This document shows positions 1 to 8,783 of a stretch of DNA of 18,436 bases, piece by piece. The stretch is from Candidatus Jordarchaeales archaeon (GTDB taxonomy: Archaea; Asgardarchaeota; Jordiarchaeia; Jordiarchaeales; Freyrarchaeaceae). The notes below the pieces were generated by a model. That model did not search any database and had not been told where the DNA came from. It saw only the letters and a program-made list of their open reading frames with translations. Every line of letters begins with the position of its first letter. Positions within the stretch are counted from its first letter, which is position 1. A program made the position numbers and the translations under genes. The stretch is from positions 1 through 18,436 of the forward strand of contig JAWCFL010000032.1 in NCBI GenBank assembly GCA_038858525.1, read 5' to 3'.

Positions 1-114
1 GGAAGGGCAATAATAGGAGCGGTTGACGGGACAAACGTTACTGCGATAGAAAATGAGGAGCAAAAAAGAGAGAGAAGGGAGCTCGTAAAAAGACTTGGTT
101 ACGCAATAGAGTGA
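1..114 (+). CDS. 3' end of an unidentified CDS (truncated by window start)
   Basis: Open from base 1 to TGA at 112-114; translates as GRAIIGAVDGTNVTAIENEEQKRERRELVKRLGYAIE*. No family recognised. Confidence 0.5.
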   Translation, partial: GRAIIGAVDGTNVTAIENEEQKRERRELVKRLGYAIE

Positions 115-122
115 GTGAAAAA

Positions 123-338
123 GGGGATTATGGCGCCCGGGGCGCGAGACTCAGAGGGTTAAAAGGTTAAAACCCTCTTTTGAACGCGCGCGGCGGTTGA
201 CTGCGTCCGCATGGACTCCGCCAGTGGGTTTATCTTCCCCCTTATTCGGGAAGAGATCTCGAGCCTCGGCGCCCTCTTTGGGCTCCACCGCCCTACCATT
301 GCCCAGCCGACGCCTAGGCGACCCGGGCGCCCTCACCT
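123..338 (-). ncRNA. GC-rich structured non-coding RNA candidate, family not identified
   Basis: GC-rich block in an AT-rich genome; perfect 10-bp terminal helix (132-141 GGCGCCCGGG with 322-331 CCCGGGCGCC); internal hairpins 153-160/171-178 (8 bp), 192-196/218-222 plus 205-208/213-216, 233-239/248-254 (7 bp), 279-283/301-305. Minus-strand TATA-like AAAATTAAAATAT at ~358-370 about 25 nt upstream of the proposed 5' end; oligo-T (minus strand) at 122-118 just after the closing helix. Confidence 0.7.
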
Positions 339-356
339 AGTTGAAAATAAGGTGGC

Positions 357-370
357 GATATTTTAATTTT
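357..370 (-). promoter_or_regulatory. TATA-like box for the ncRNA candidate
   Basis: Minus-strand AAAATTAAAATATC spaced about 25 nt from the 5' edge of the paired RNA. Confidence 0.45.
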
Positions 371-430
371 ATGTGCACGGAAAACTATTTCTTAGTTATT
401 ACTTGAATTATAGTGACTGTTTTCTAGGGG

Positions 431-1522
431 GTGTTTTTGTTGTCTTTGCCGAGAGGAAAGCTTGAAGAATACCTTAGCCATGTTTTCGGGAAAAATGTCG
501 AGGTAGTAGATATTAAGAGGATAGGTGGAGGAAAAGAGGACATAAAAGAAGTCGGGTACGGTGTTCCTCGCCTCATAGAGGCGAGAATAGAAGGAGAAAC
601 GAAAAAAATGGTTATGAGTTTTGTCGTTCCTGGACCATATGGTCATGAGTATATGCCAGACCGAGCACAAGTAGTTCTGTTAGCCCACCAGACATACAAC
701 AAGCTGCCGAGACATGTTCGCTCCTTCGACTGTGGAGGAGTGACGAGTAGAGGAGAAATCGTATCTGTTGGAAAGGTAGAAGAGTTCTTCGTACTTATGG
801 AGTATGCTGAGGGGGAGTTATACAAAGCAGACCTAGATAGGATCTCGGAGGAAAAAAAGCTGAAGCAGATAGATGTTGATAGAGCGCTTGCACTTTCTAA
901 CTACTTGGTAGAGATCCATAAGACCAAACGGAATGAACCATCACTCTACATTAGGAGAATAAGGGATCTGGTGGGCCATGGGGAAGGAGTTATGGGGTTA
1001 CTTGATACGTATACTCCAAATCCAGAATATGCGACAGAGGAAGATTTGATAAAAATTGAGAAGAAGTGTGTCGAGTGGAGATGGAAGCTTAAACGATATG
1101 TTCACAGGCTGAGTGTAGTTCACGGGGATTATCATCCTTGGAATGTTCTCTTTAGACAGGGAATAGACTTTACGCTTTTGGATAGGAGTAGAGGGGAGTG
1201 GGGTGAGCCTGCAGATGACATAACAGCTATGACGATAAATTACATTTTCTTCAGCGTGCTTACCTTTGGCAGTCTCGCTGAACCGTTCAAACGTCTCTTC
1301 GACCTTTTCTATGAGAATTACCTTGAAAAGACGGGGGATGAAGAGATCCTCAAAGTAGTTCCTCCATTCTATGCATGGAGAGGCTCAGTAATATCGCATC
1401 CTCAATGGTACCCGACGCTTACCCCAGAAACTCGGAGAAAACTGTTAAATTTCATAAATACTGTGCTTGAGAGCGAGGAATTTAATCCGAAAGAAGTAAA
1501 CTCATACCTTAAAGGTAGTTAA
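431..1522 (+). CDS. Aminoglycoside phosphotransferase (APH)/choline kinase-like family protein
   Basis: 363-aa ORF with GTG start; Brenner-type catalytic motif VVHGDYHPWNVLF followed by LLDRSRGEWGEPADDI, typical of the APH kinase fold. Confidence 0.75.
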   Translation: MFLLSLPRGKLEEYLSHVFGKNVEVVDIKRIGGGKEDIKEVGYGVPRLIEARIEGETKKMVMSFVVPGPYGHEYMPDRAQVVLLAHQTYNKLPRHVRSFDCGGVTSRGEIVSVGKVEEFFVLMEYAEGELYKADLDRISEEKKLKQIDVDRALALSNYLVEIHKTKRNEPSLYIRRIRDLVGHGEGVMGLLDTYTPNPEYATEEDLIKIEKKCVEWRWKLKRYVHRLSVVHGDYHPWNVLFRQGIDFTLLDRSRGEWGEPADDITAMTINYIFFSVLTFGSLAEPFKRLFDLFYENYLEKTGDEEILKVVPPFYAWRGSVISHPQWYPTLTPETRRKLLNFINTVLESEEFNPKEVNSYLKGS

Positions 1523-2069
1523 CCTTGCCATAAAATCGGTTCATTATATTGTTAAAAATTTTTAAAGCGCATTCTTTAGGGGAAAGCTTGTCGGACTCAA
1601 CTATAACGTCAGGGTTTTCAGGCTCCTCAAAGGGGACACCTAAACCTGGAACAGTTCGGCTTTCCCCCGACAAACCTTTTTCGTATATCTTTCTTGGTGC
1701 GCCATAAGTTTCTTTTCTCGTTGCCTCACGCCTCATGCAAACTTCTAATGGGCACTTGACGTAGACAAATAGAATATTTTCAATTTCTTTTCTTCCTTTT
1801 TCCCTGTAAGCCTTCCTGTTAGCAGTAGCATCAATTATGACGTTAATTCCGTTATCGTTAAGAAGACGGGCAATGAAAACCAGAACGCCATAAACAATCT
1901 CCCGCTCCTCCTCCGAGTATGTCGGATTAGGAGTTACGACTTTCCTGAGAAGGTCAGTTGAAAGAATCTGAGATTTAATATCACGCTCTGCCAGTAAACC
2001 TTGCAGCTCGCGAGCAATGGTGCTCTTTCCAGAGCCTGGCAGGCCGAAGAGCCAAACTGTCCAAGCCAA
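1509..2069 (-). CDS. Adenylylsulfate kinase (CysC)-like P-loop kinase
   Basis: 186 aa; Walker A GLPGSGKST, IDATANRKAYR, and FVYVKCPLEVCMRRE, resembling APS kinase; DGD-type motif not intact (LSTDLLRK). Confidence 0.7.
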   Translation of the reverse strand: MAWTVWLFGLPGSGKSTIARELQGLLAERDIKSQILSTDLLRKVVTPNPTYSEEEREIVYGVLVFIARLLNDNGINVIIDATANRKAYREKGRKEIENILFVYVKCPLEVCMRREATRKETYGAPRKIYEKGLSGESRTVPGLGVPFEEPENPDVIVESDKLSPKECALKIFNNIMNRFYGKVNYL

Positions 2070-2159
2070 AGCTAATCCTCCTTTTCAAACATAGGTTAAA
2101 CCTTTAAAAATATGTCGCTTCATAAAAGAAAATGCGTCTACTTTAAAGAGGGAAAAAGA

Positions 2160-3053
2160 ATGAGGTTAGCAATAGTAGGGGGTTCTTTATCACAAGTCCT
2201 AGCACTTAAAGTTGCTAAAATGCTTCGAGCGCCGTTTATAGACTGCGAATATAAAAAGTTCCCCGATGGAGAAAAATACGTCCGAATAGATGGTGAAGTT
2301 GAGGGATATGAAGTTGCAGTAATACATTCAATGCACCACACTCCTGATGAATGTCTCGTGGAATATTTTCTCCTAGTAGACACCCTAAAGGATCTAGGAG
2401 CCAAGAAGGTAACTGGCGTAATCCCTTATTTTCCCTATGCAAGACAGGATGAGCGCTTCAATCAAGGTGAGGCATTGAGCCTCAAAACAGTAGCAAGCCT
2501 TATCGAAAAAGCGGGAACAGACAAAGTCATAACAATTGACATGCATTTACACCGAATAGAAAGCATAAATAAGATATTCAAAATACCGGCTGAAAACATC
2601 ACGGCAATACCTTTAATCGCGCAATACATTAAGGAAAACTTCAAAATCGACAAGCCACTTATAATAGGACCTGACGAAGAGGCGGAGCAATGGGCAAAAA
2701 CAATGGCAGCAATACTTGACGCGGACTACGATATCCTAGAAAAAAAGAGGATAAGCTCAACGGAAGTAGAAGTAACCCCGCGGCAACTCCAGCCGCAAAA
2801 CAGGAACGTAATCATAATAGACGATATAATTTCCACAGGAGGGACGCTCGCAAAAACTATTCAGCTACTTAAAAGTAAAGGCGCGAAAACAATAATTGCT
2901 GCATGTACACACCCAATATTAGTTGATAATGCACTCAAGAAAATATACAAAGCCGGAGCGGAAACAGTAATAGCTACAGATACTGTTCCTAGCCCAGTAA
3001 GCCAAGTTACAGTAGCTCCTCTCATAGCACAAACACTTAGTAGTAAAAGTTAA
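2160..3053 (+). CDS. prs: Ribose-phosphate pyrophosphokinase (PRPP synthetase)
   Basis: Listed ORF 2112..3053; likely start ATG 2160 (MRLAIVGGSLSQVLALKVA) after a GAGGG-like SD. Motifs FPDGEKYVRI, YFPYARQDERF, PRPP loop VIIIDDIISTGGTLAKT. Confidence 0.92.
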   Translation: MRLAIVGGSLSQVLALKVAKMLRAPFIDCEYKKFPDGEKYVRIDGEVEGYEVAVIHSMHHTPDECLVEYFLLVDTLKDLGAKKVTGVIPYFPYARQDERFNQGEALSLKTVASLIEKAGTDKVITIDMHLHRIESINKIFKIPAENITAIPLIAQYIKENFKIDKPLIIGPDEEAEQWAKTMAAILDADYDILEKKRISSTEVEVTPRQLQPQNRNVIIIDDIISTGGTLAKTIQLLKSKGAKTIIAACTHPILVDNALKKIYKAGAETVIATDTVPSPVSQVTVAPLIAQTLSSKS

Positions 3054-3345
3054 AAAAGCTAAAAAGGGGTCACTAAAAAGAAATTAATACAAAGCGGAAT
3101 ATAATTTACTTTCCGTAAAACGGCAACACTACCAGAAATCTAAAAACATTTAATTAAAAAATAAGCAAAAATCTAAATGAAAAGTCATAAATTAATTGTT
3201 CTCAAAAAGCTTCATTCTTTATTTACATTATTCTCGCCGTTTTTATCCAAATATTAAATAAATTTCAAGAGCCAAAATTTAACAAGAGCTTAAGTTTAGC
3301 ATTCAAAAAGAAAAATTCTTTAAAAAAGACATTATTTGGTAATAA

Positions 3346-6021
3346 TTAACCTGTTGCTATACGCTTAGTGCGTCGTTCTATATAGTCGTCAATAATGGCA
3401 TCGATGTTAACGGCTTTTCCATTCCAACTCTTAGTTGGATCAGTTAGGTCTTCGCCATATTTGAACTGTATAATGCTTCCTGTTGAGTCTCTTACGGTAC
3501 CATCGTACTCTACTTTCACGTCTTGGAGGGCGTTGATTAGTCTGCGTTGTAAATATCCTGACTGTGATGTTTTGACTGCTGTGTCAACCAAACCTTCTCT
3601 TCCACCCATTGCATGGAAGAAAAATTCTATCGGGTCTAGTCCCTTTCTGTAATGCGCTGCTACAAATCCTCTTGACTTAGCGCTTAGGTCTCCTTTTTTA
3701 AAGTGTGGAAGAGTTCTCCCTTTATACCCTCTATGTATCCGTTGCCCTCTAACTGATTGTTGCCCTACGCATGCGGCCATCATTGCTAGGTTGAGAAGGG
3801 TGCCACGTGCTCCTGTTACTGCCATTATTACGGCGTGATTGTCTGGACCTAAATATTCACTGGCCACTTCGCCAGCCTTGTCTCTGACGTTGTTGAGTTC
3901 CTGCATTATTAGCATTTCAAGGCTTTCCTCTATCGTGCGCCCGGGTAGAGCCTCAAGTTCTCCTCTTCTATAGGTCTCTATTAATTCGTTAACTTTTTTC
4001 TCTCCTTCTTTTAATATTTCATTTATGCGCTGAACAGCCTCTTCGGGTATTTCTATGTCGTCTAAACCGAGGGTAAATCCCTTTTTAGTTATAAATCTGA
4101 TCAGCATACGTGTTACTGAGTCGATGAATTTCCTTGCCGCATCAGAGCCGAACTCCTTTGCTATTTTGTGGAGAAGGCTTTCAGGTACTCCTGCTCCGAA
4201 GGCGTTTTTGTCTATTACGCCTTTTTGAAGGACGCCGTCTACGACAACTACGTATGCGTCATGTGGACAATTCTCTTTAAGGCATACATCGCAATGTTTA
4301 CATGCCTTTGACTTGAAACGCGCGTTAAGCCCTTTAGGTAGGGTGAGGCTGAAGATCTGCTTCCCTGTCCAGAGGGGGGTTGGCTCTGTTATTGCTGGTG
4401 GAGGAAGTTCTGTTACACCGGCTGCGAGAGCCAGCTCACAGGCATCCTCCTTTTTGAGTAAAGTTTGCTCTTTAGTTAAAAGATAAGCAGCAGAAATGAA
4501 GTCTTGGATCCCGCCTATGATTGGCCCTCCATACCGTGGACTTAGAATATGTTCTTGGACTCTCATCAGTATGTAAGCTTCAACTCTGGCTTCCTCAGAC
4601 TGAGGCACATGGAGATTCATTTCATCTCCGTCAAAGTCAGCATTGTAGGGAGGGCAAACGCATAGGTTTAGTCTGAATGTTTTATATGGCATGACCCTGA
4701 CTTCATGAGCCATAATGCTCATTCTGTGGAGGGACGGTTGCCTGTTGAAGAGTACGATGTCTCCGTCATTGAGGTGACGTTCAACTATGCAGCCGGGGGT
4801 GAGGTCTTCAGCAACCTTGCTCCTGTTTTTGACGAATCTTAAATCGATGCGCCTACCGTCATTTCGGATAACGTAATTTGCTCCTGGATGTTCATCTGGG
4901 TCTCTCATAACTAGTTCTTTCATTTCTTCAATGTTAAGTTCAGTTACTCTTTCGGGTATAGTTAGGATTTTCGCTACTTCGATGGGGACACCTACCTCGT
5001 TTATTCCGATGTTCGGATCAGGGGATATTACTGTTCTAGCCGAGAAATCGACGCGTTTGCCTGAGAGGTTGCTTCTGAAGCGTCCTTCTTTGCCTTTCAA
5101 CCTCTGGGAAAGTGTTCTTAAAGCTCTGCCTGAACGGTGACGAGCGGGAGGTATGCCGGAGATTTCGTTATCAAAGTATGTAGTTACGTGATATTGAAGT
5201 AGCTCCCATAAGTCTTCGACGATAAGCTGGGGAGCGCCTGCTTCGATGTTTTCTCTTAAACGCTGATTTATTCGTATTATGTCGACGAGTTTATGTGTTA
5301 GATCATCTTCTGACCTAACACCGGACTCAAGTGTTATGCTTGGTCTAACACATACGGGGGGAACGGGAAGGACTGTAAGAACCATCCATTCAGGACGAGC
5401 ATACTTGGGATTTATACCGAGGAGCTTGCAATCTGTATCGGGTATGCGTTCACATCTTTCTCGTACATCGATTGGTGTAAGCCTTATAGAGCCAACTTCT
5501 GTTTCTTCGTAAAATGCGGTTGGTTTCTCTAGTCTTACCTTGCGTTGAGTTTCACCACAGTGAGGACAGGTTACAGTTCTGGACGCGCGGCGAAAAACTT
5601 CTTCAGCAACTTCGTCGCTTAGTTCGCCTGTTTCTGCTTCATGCTTCTCCATCTCTGCTAAGAAGAATTTTATTTCATCTTCTGGAAGTAGAAGTCTGTA
5701 GCAACGCCAACATGTAGCTCTTAAAACTTTATGAAGAATTTTAACAAAACCAACATGGATTACTGGACGGACGAGTTCAATGTGCCCGAAGTGTCCTATA
5801 CATTCACCTACAGGATTACCGCATAGTTTACAGCGACGTCCTGGCTCTACTGTTCCTAAGCGTTCATCCATCAGTCCTGTTTCTATTGGGGTACCGTCTT
5901 CATCATACGTATCTGGCGTGATTATTCGGGTGGCTGACATACGTCTTATTTCGTCTGGGGAAAGAACACTAAATCTTATTGAGTGAATCCTCTTGGTGAA
6001 CCTGAAAGTCACGCTACACAC
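3346..6021 (-). CDS. rpoA1: DNA-directed RNA polymerase subunit A' (Rpo1N)
   Basis: 891 aa; catalytic NADFDGDEMNLH, RFRSNLSGKRVDFSARTVISPDPN, FNRQPSLHRMSIMAHEVRV, zinc motif CKLCGNPVGECIGHFGH. Confidence 0.97.
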   Translation of the reverse strand: MCSVTFRFTKRIHSIRFSVLSPDEIRRMSATRIITPDTYDEDGTPIETGLMDERLGTVEPGRRCKLCGNPVGECIGHFGHIELVRPVIHVGFVKILHKVLRATCWRCYRLLLPEDEIKFFLAEMEKHEAETGELSDEVAEEVFRRASRTVTCPHCGETQRKVRLEKPTAFYEETEVGSIRLTPIDVRERCERIPDTDCKLLGINPKYARPEWMVLTVLPVPPVCVRPSITLESGVRSEDDLTHKLVDIIRINQRLRENIEAGAPQLIVEDLWELLQYHVTTYFDNEISGIPPARHRSGRALRTLSQRLKGKEGRFRSNLSGKRVDFSARTVISPDPNIGINEVGVPIEVAKILTIPERVTELNIEEMKELVMRDPDEHPGANYVIRNDGRRIDLRFVKNRSKVAEDLTPGCIVERHLNDGDIVLFNRQPSLHRMSIMAHEVRVMPYKTFRLNLCVCPPYNADFDGDEMNLHVPQSEEARVEAYILMRVQEHILSPRYGGPIIGGIQDFISAAYLLTKEQTLLKKEDACELALAAGVTELPPPAITEPTPLWTGKQIFSLTLPKGLNARFKSKACKHCDVCLKENCPHDAYVVVVDGVLQKGVIDKNAFGAGVPESLLHKIAKEFGSDAARKFIDSVTRMLIRFITKKGFTLGLDDIEIPEEAVQRINEILKEGEKKVNELIETYRRGELEALPGRTIEESLEMLIMQELNNVRDKAGEVASEYLGPDNHAVIMAVTGARGTLLNLAMMAACVGQQSVRGQRIHRGYKGRTLPHFKKGDLSAKSRGFVAAHYRKGLDPIEFFFHAMGGREGLVDTAVKTSQSGYLQRRLINALQDVKVEYDGTVRDSTGSIIQFKYGEDLTDPTKSWNGKAVNIDAIIDDYIERRTKRIATG

Positions 6022-6092
6022 CTCAAAATTAAATGATAAAAGAGTCTTTATTACTAATTAAGGGGTGGAATTTAAATTTTTCTTAGTGTCAG

Positions 6093-7067
6093 TCAGAGTT
6101 TATTTTGTATTTTTTCAAGGGCAAGAACTTGCCTTGGCTCGTAAACCACTAACCCTTGTGCTAGCTGTCTGAGGTGGGGTACTATTCTTAAAAACTCGTC
6201 TTTATGAATTACCGTATTGATGGCGTACCAACCTTCTTCTCCTGCAAGGGGAGATATTGTCGGCCTCTTAAGAGCGGGCAGTATTTTCAATATTGCTTGT
6301 AAGTTTTCCTCTTTTACGTTCATAAATATGTGAAGGCGATCCCTAGCGTCGACTGCTCCTTCGAGGAGAGTCATTACATCCTTTATTTTCTCCCGTTTCC
6401 AAGGGTGATTTAAGGCGTCCCTGTTAGATATGAGAACCGCTTGAGACTCGCATATCTCCTCGATTATTTTCAAGTTGTTAGAGAGGATGGTAGTTCCGGT
6501 TTCCGTGTTGTCTATTATTGCTTCAGCGTCTTCAGGTGGCTTGGCTTCTGTAGCTCCGAATGAGAGGAGTATTTTCACGTTGGGATTTTCTCCGTATCTA
6601 TACCAAGGTGTTATGACTTCAGGGGTTAATGAGCCAAAGCGAGTTCTATACTCGGAGTTCGCCATTATGCGGCGGAGTGAGAGATTTATGTATTCTGTCG
6701 CTATACGTATGGGTTTCCCTGCATTAGAAAAGAAACGTATCAAGTCTGAAAGAGAATTAATCTCAGTCCAGTAATTTGGCACAGCAAGGACAATTCTAAC
6801 TTTACCGTAAGCTAAACTCGATAAAGTTACGACGTCGGCCGAGGTTTCTTCTACCCAGTCCGCTCCTGTTATCCCTAAATCATGTGCTCCCGACTCGACG
6901 AGATTTGGTATTTCTTGTGGTCTGAGAACCTTCAAGTTTATCTCAGGGTCATTTATCCATGGCCTATAGGATCTTTCACTTCCTTTTACTTCATACCCTG
7001 CCTGCCTTAGTAAATTTAATGTTGCTTCTTGAAGAGAACCTTTAGGGATAACAAAGTTCAGCTTCAA
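6093..7067 (-). CDS. hisG: ATP phosphoribosyltransferase, long form with C-terminal regulatory-like domain
   Basis: 324 aa; FVIPKGSLQEATLNLL start region, ESGAHDLGITGADWVEE, DNTETGTTILSNNL; about 100-aa C-terminal extension. Confidence 0.9.
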   Translation of the reverse strand: MKLNFVIPKGSLQEATLNLLRQAGYEVKGSERSYRPWINDPEINLKVLRPQEIPNLVESGAHDLGITGADWVEETSADVVTLSSLAYGKVRIVLAVPNYWTEINSLSDLIRFFSNAGKPIRIATEYINLSLRRIMANSEYRTRFGSLTPEVITPWYRYGENPNVKILLSFGATEAKPPEDAEAIIDNTETGTTILSNNLKIIEEICESQAVLISNRDALNHPWKREKIKDVMTLLEGAVDARDRLHIFMNVKEENLQAILKILPALKRPTISPLAGEEGWYAINTVIHKDEFLRIVPHLRQLAQGLVVYEPRQVLALEKIQNKL

Positions 7068-7208
7068 TTAAGCCCACCATTTTTAATTATGATTTGTTAC
7101 TAATTGTGATTTGTTACAAGTTCCTCTCGGAGAGAAGAGAGACAACTAAATTTAAATGTTTGGGAATGAAGGAGTATAATGTTAAAGAAATTGAAGGGTT
7201 GATGATTA

Positions 7209-7628
7209 ATGTCTAAAGATAAGCTCTTGGCTTTAACTCAGATCTTGGAGAACATGAATAAAAAGGGAGGATTTTCGGCTAGTGTTATTTCGGGAGAGGA
7301 TGGATTGGTTGTAGCGGAAGCAAGCAGTTCTGGGAACAAACAAGTTATTGCAGCGATGGCTAGTCTAGCTCATTCGACTGCTATGAGAGTTAAAGACCAA
7401 ATAGGGCTTGGGGACTTAGAGCAGGTAACCATAGAGACAAGTGACGGGATCATAGTTTTTAAGAGTGTAGAAATCCCTAAGAGAAAATTTATACTAGCAG
7501 CCATATTACCCATCTCAGCCAAACGGAGATTTGCCGATGCAGCATCTGTTCTCCTATTTAAGGACAGAAGATATGAGCGAATAGTGGATGATGCAGTGGA
7601 GGAAGTAAAAGAAATATTCAAGGAATGA
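7209..7628 (+). CDS. Roadblock/LC7 domain-like protein
   Basis: 139 aa; GGFSASVISGEDGLVVAEASS... QVTIETSDGIIVFKSV... pattern of Roadblock/LC7 (MglB/Ragulator-like) folds. Confidence 0.65.
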   Translation: MSKDKLLALTQILENMNKKGGFSASVISGEDGLVVAEASSSGNKQVIAAMASLAHSTAMRVKDQIGLGDLEQVTIETSDGIIVFKSVEIPKRKFILAAILPISAKRRFADAASVLLFKDRRYERIVDDAVEEVKEIFKE

Positions 7629-7944
7629 ATCTATTTTCATTTTTTGGAATAAAGGCCTTAATCGAGTATCAACTTCAAATATTTTTAAGTTTAGCTGAAT
7701 CAATGAAATTAAGAGGGACGTCATAGTCTTGAGGGCTGCTTTTAGTTTGCCGATAAACTTGTTTCATTGTTTCTGGTATTTGTTAGTGAATAAGGGAGGG
7801 TATCATTTTCATTTAGTTCGATGCTGAAGGCGTGATTTACTTAATTGTTTAAACTTTAGACATAAGCGAAATAGAATTCCTCCTTAAATGTTAGGAGACA
7901 TTTATTTAGTGGTAGCGGTAATTAATGAGAGAAAAGTTAGGAAG

Positions 7945-8601
7945 TTACTTGGAAAGTTGAGAACTAAAGAAGAGTTTCAAGGTGTTTATTACTTCCTTTG
8001 TGTTCTTGCCAAGAGAAAGACCTTCCGTTAAAAGGTCATTAAGATGATCTATGTCGATTTCAACTGTTGGAGACGAGTATACTTTAACGGGTATACCTCT
8101 CGCTTTAGAGCTGGAGACATGTTTCTTGAAACTGTCCTCTCCGAATTGTGGGGGAAGAATGCCTGGCGGCTTCATAAAAAGGGCATTGGTTCCGCCTGAT
8201 CTCGACTGAGAGATAACTATAACTTCTTGGTCTTGTTCACCTAACTCTACAATGTTCAATATGTCTTTAGGTTTAATGAAGGGTAAGTCTGCAGGTAAAA
8301 CAAGGACAGAATCCGCGTTACATCTAGTGCAGAAGTCTATTCCAAGTTGAATTGCCTTGTTTAAGTCGCATGGAAGACGTTCAAAAATAAAATTTACTCC
8401 TTTAAGAGAGTTTACAATGCTCAAATCAGGTGTTACAATATGGATCTCCTTAAATATCTCTGATCTTTTTGCGATACCAATCACGTCAAGAAGCATTGCA
8501 AAGCTTAGTTTACGCCGCTCACTTAGAGAAAGAAAGGGTGACAGCCTTGACTTCGCTGCATCTAACCCCTTAAAGGGAATTACCAGGTGAATATTGTTCA
8601 T
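7945..8601 (-). CDS. cofC: 2-phospho-L-lactate (or phosphoenolpyruvate) guanylyltransferase
   Basis: 218 aa; VIPFKGLDAAKSRLSPFLSLSERRKLSFAMLLDV, LVLPADLPFIKPKDI, FGEDSFKKHVSSSKARG; adjacent to cofE/cofD. Confidence 0.88.
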   Translation of the reverse strand: MNNIHLVIPFKGLDAAKSRLSPFLSLSERRKLSFAMLLDVIGIAKRSEIFKEIHIVTPDLSIVNSLKGVNFIFERLPCDLNKAIQLGIDFCTRCNADSVLVLPADLPFIKPKDILNIVELGEQDQEVIVISQSRSGGTNALFMKPPGILPPQFGEDSFKKHVSSSKARGIPVKVYSSPTVEIDIDHLNDLLTEGLSLGKNTKEVINTLKLFFSSQLSK

Positions 8602-8783
8602 TCACATCATCTCCTACATTTGTAAAAAGTGTCTTTCGATGTGAAAGAAGCTACTATAATGAATACTTTGCTGGAGTTAAAAATGCATTATAATAAGGAG
8701 GAAGGATTCGTTTAGGGAGGAATTTTTTATTTAGGGTAACTTGATAAGCGACTATCGCGTCTTTCTGATTTGGAAATGGAACT

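Noticed and set aside
151-336. 61-aa minus-strand ORF in the GC-rich block
   Set aside because: It coincides with the extensively base-paired RNA candidate; the Arg/Gly-rich product looks like translated structured RNA rather than a protein.
123-338. Assigning the GC-rich RNA as RNase P, SRP, 5S rRNA or tRNA
   Set aside because: I could not find the hallmark conserved motifs of any of these by eye, so I left the family open.
4931-5986. Several 67-78-aa plus-strand ORFs
   Set aside because: All antisense to rpoA1, whose conserved motifs confirm the real coding frame.
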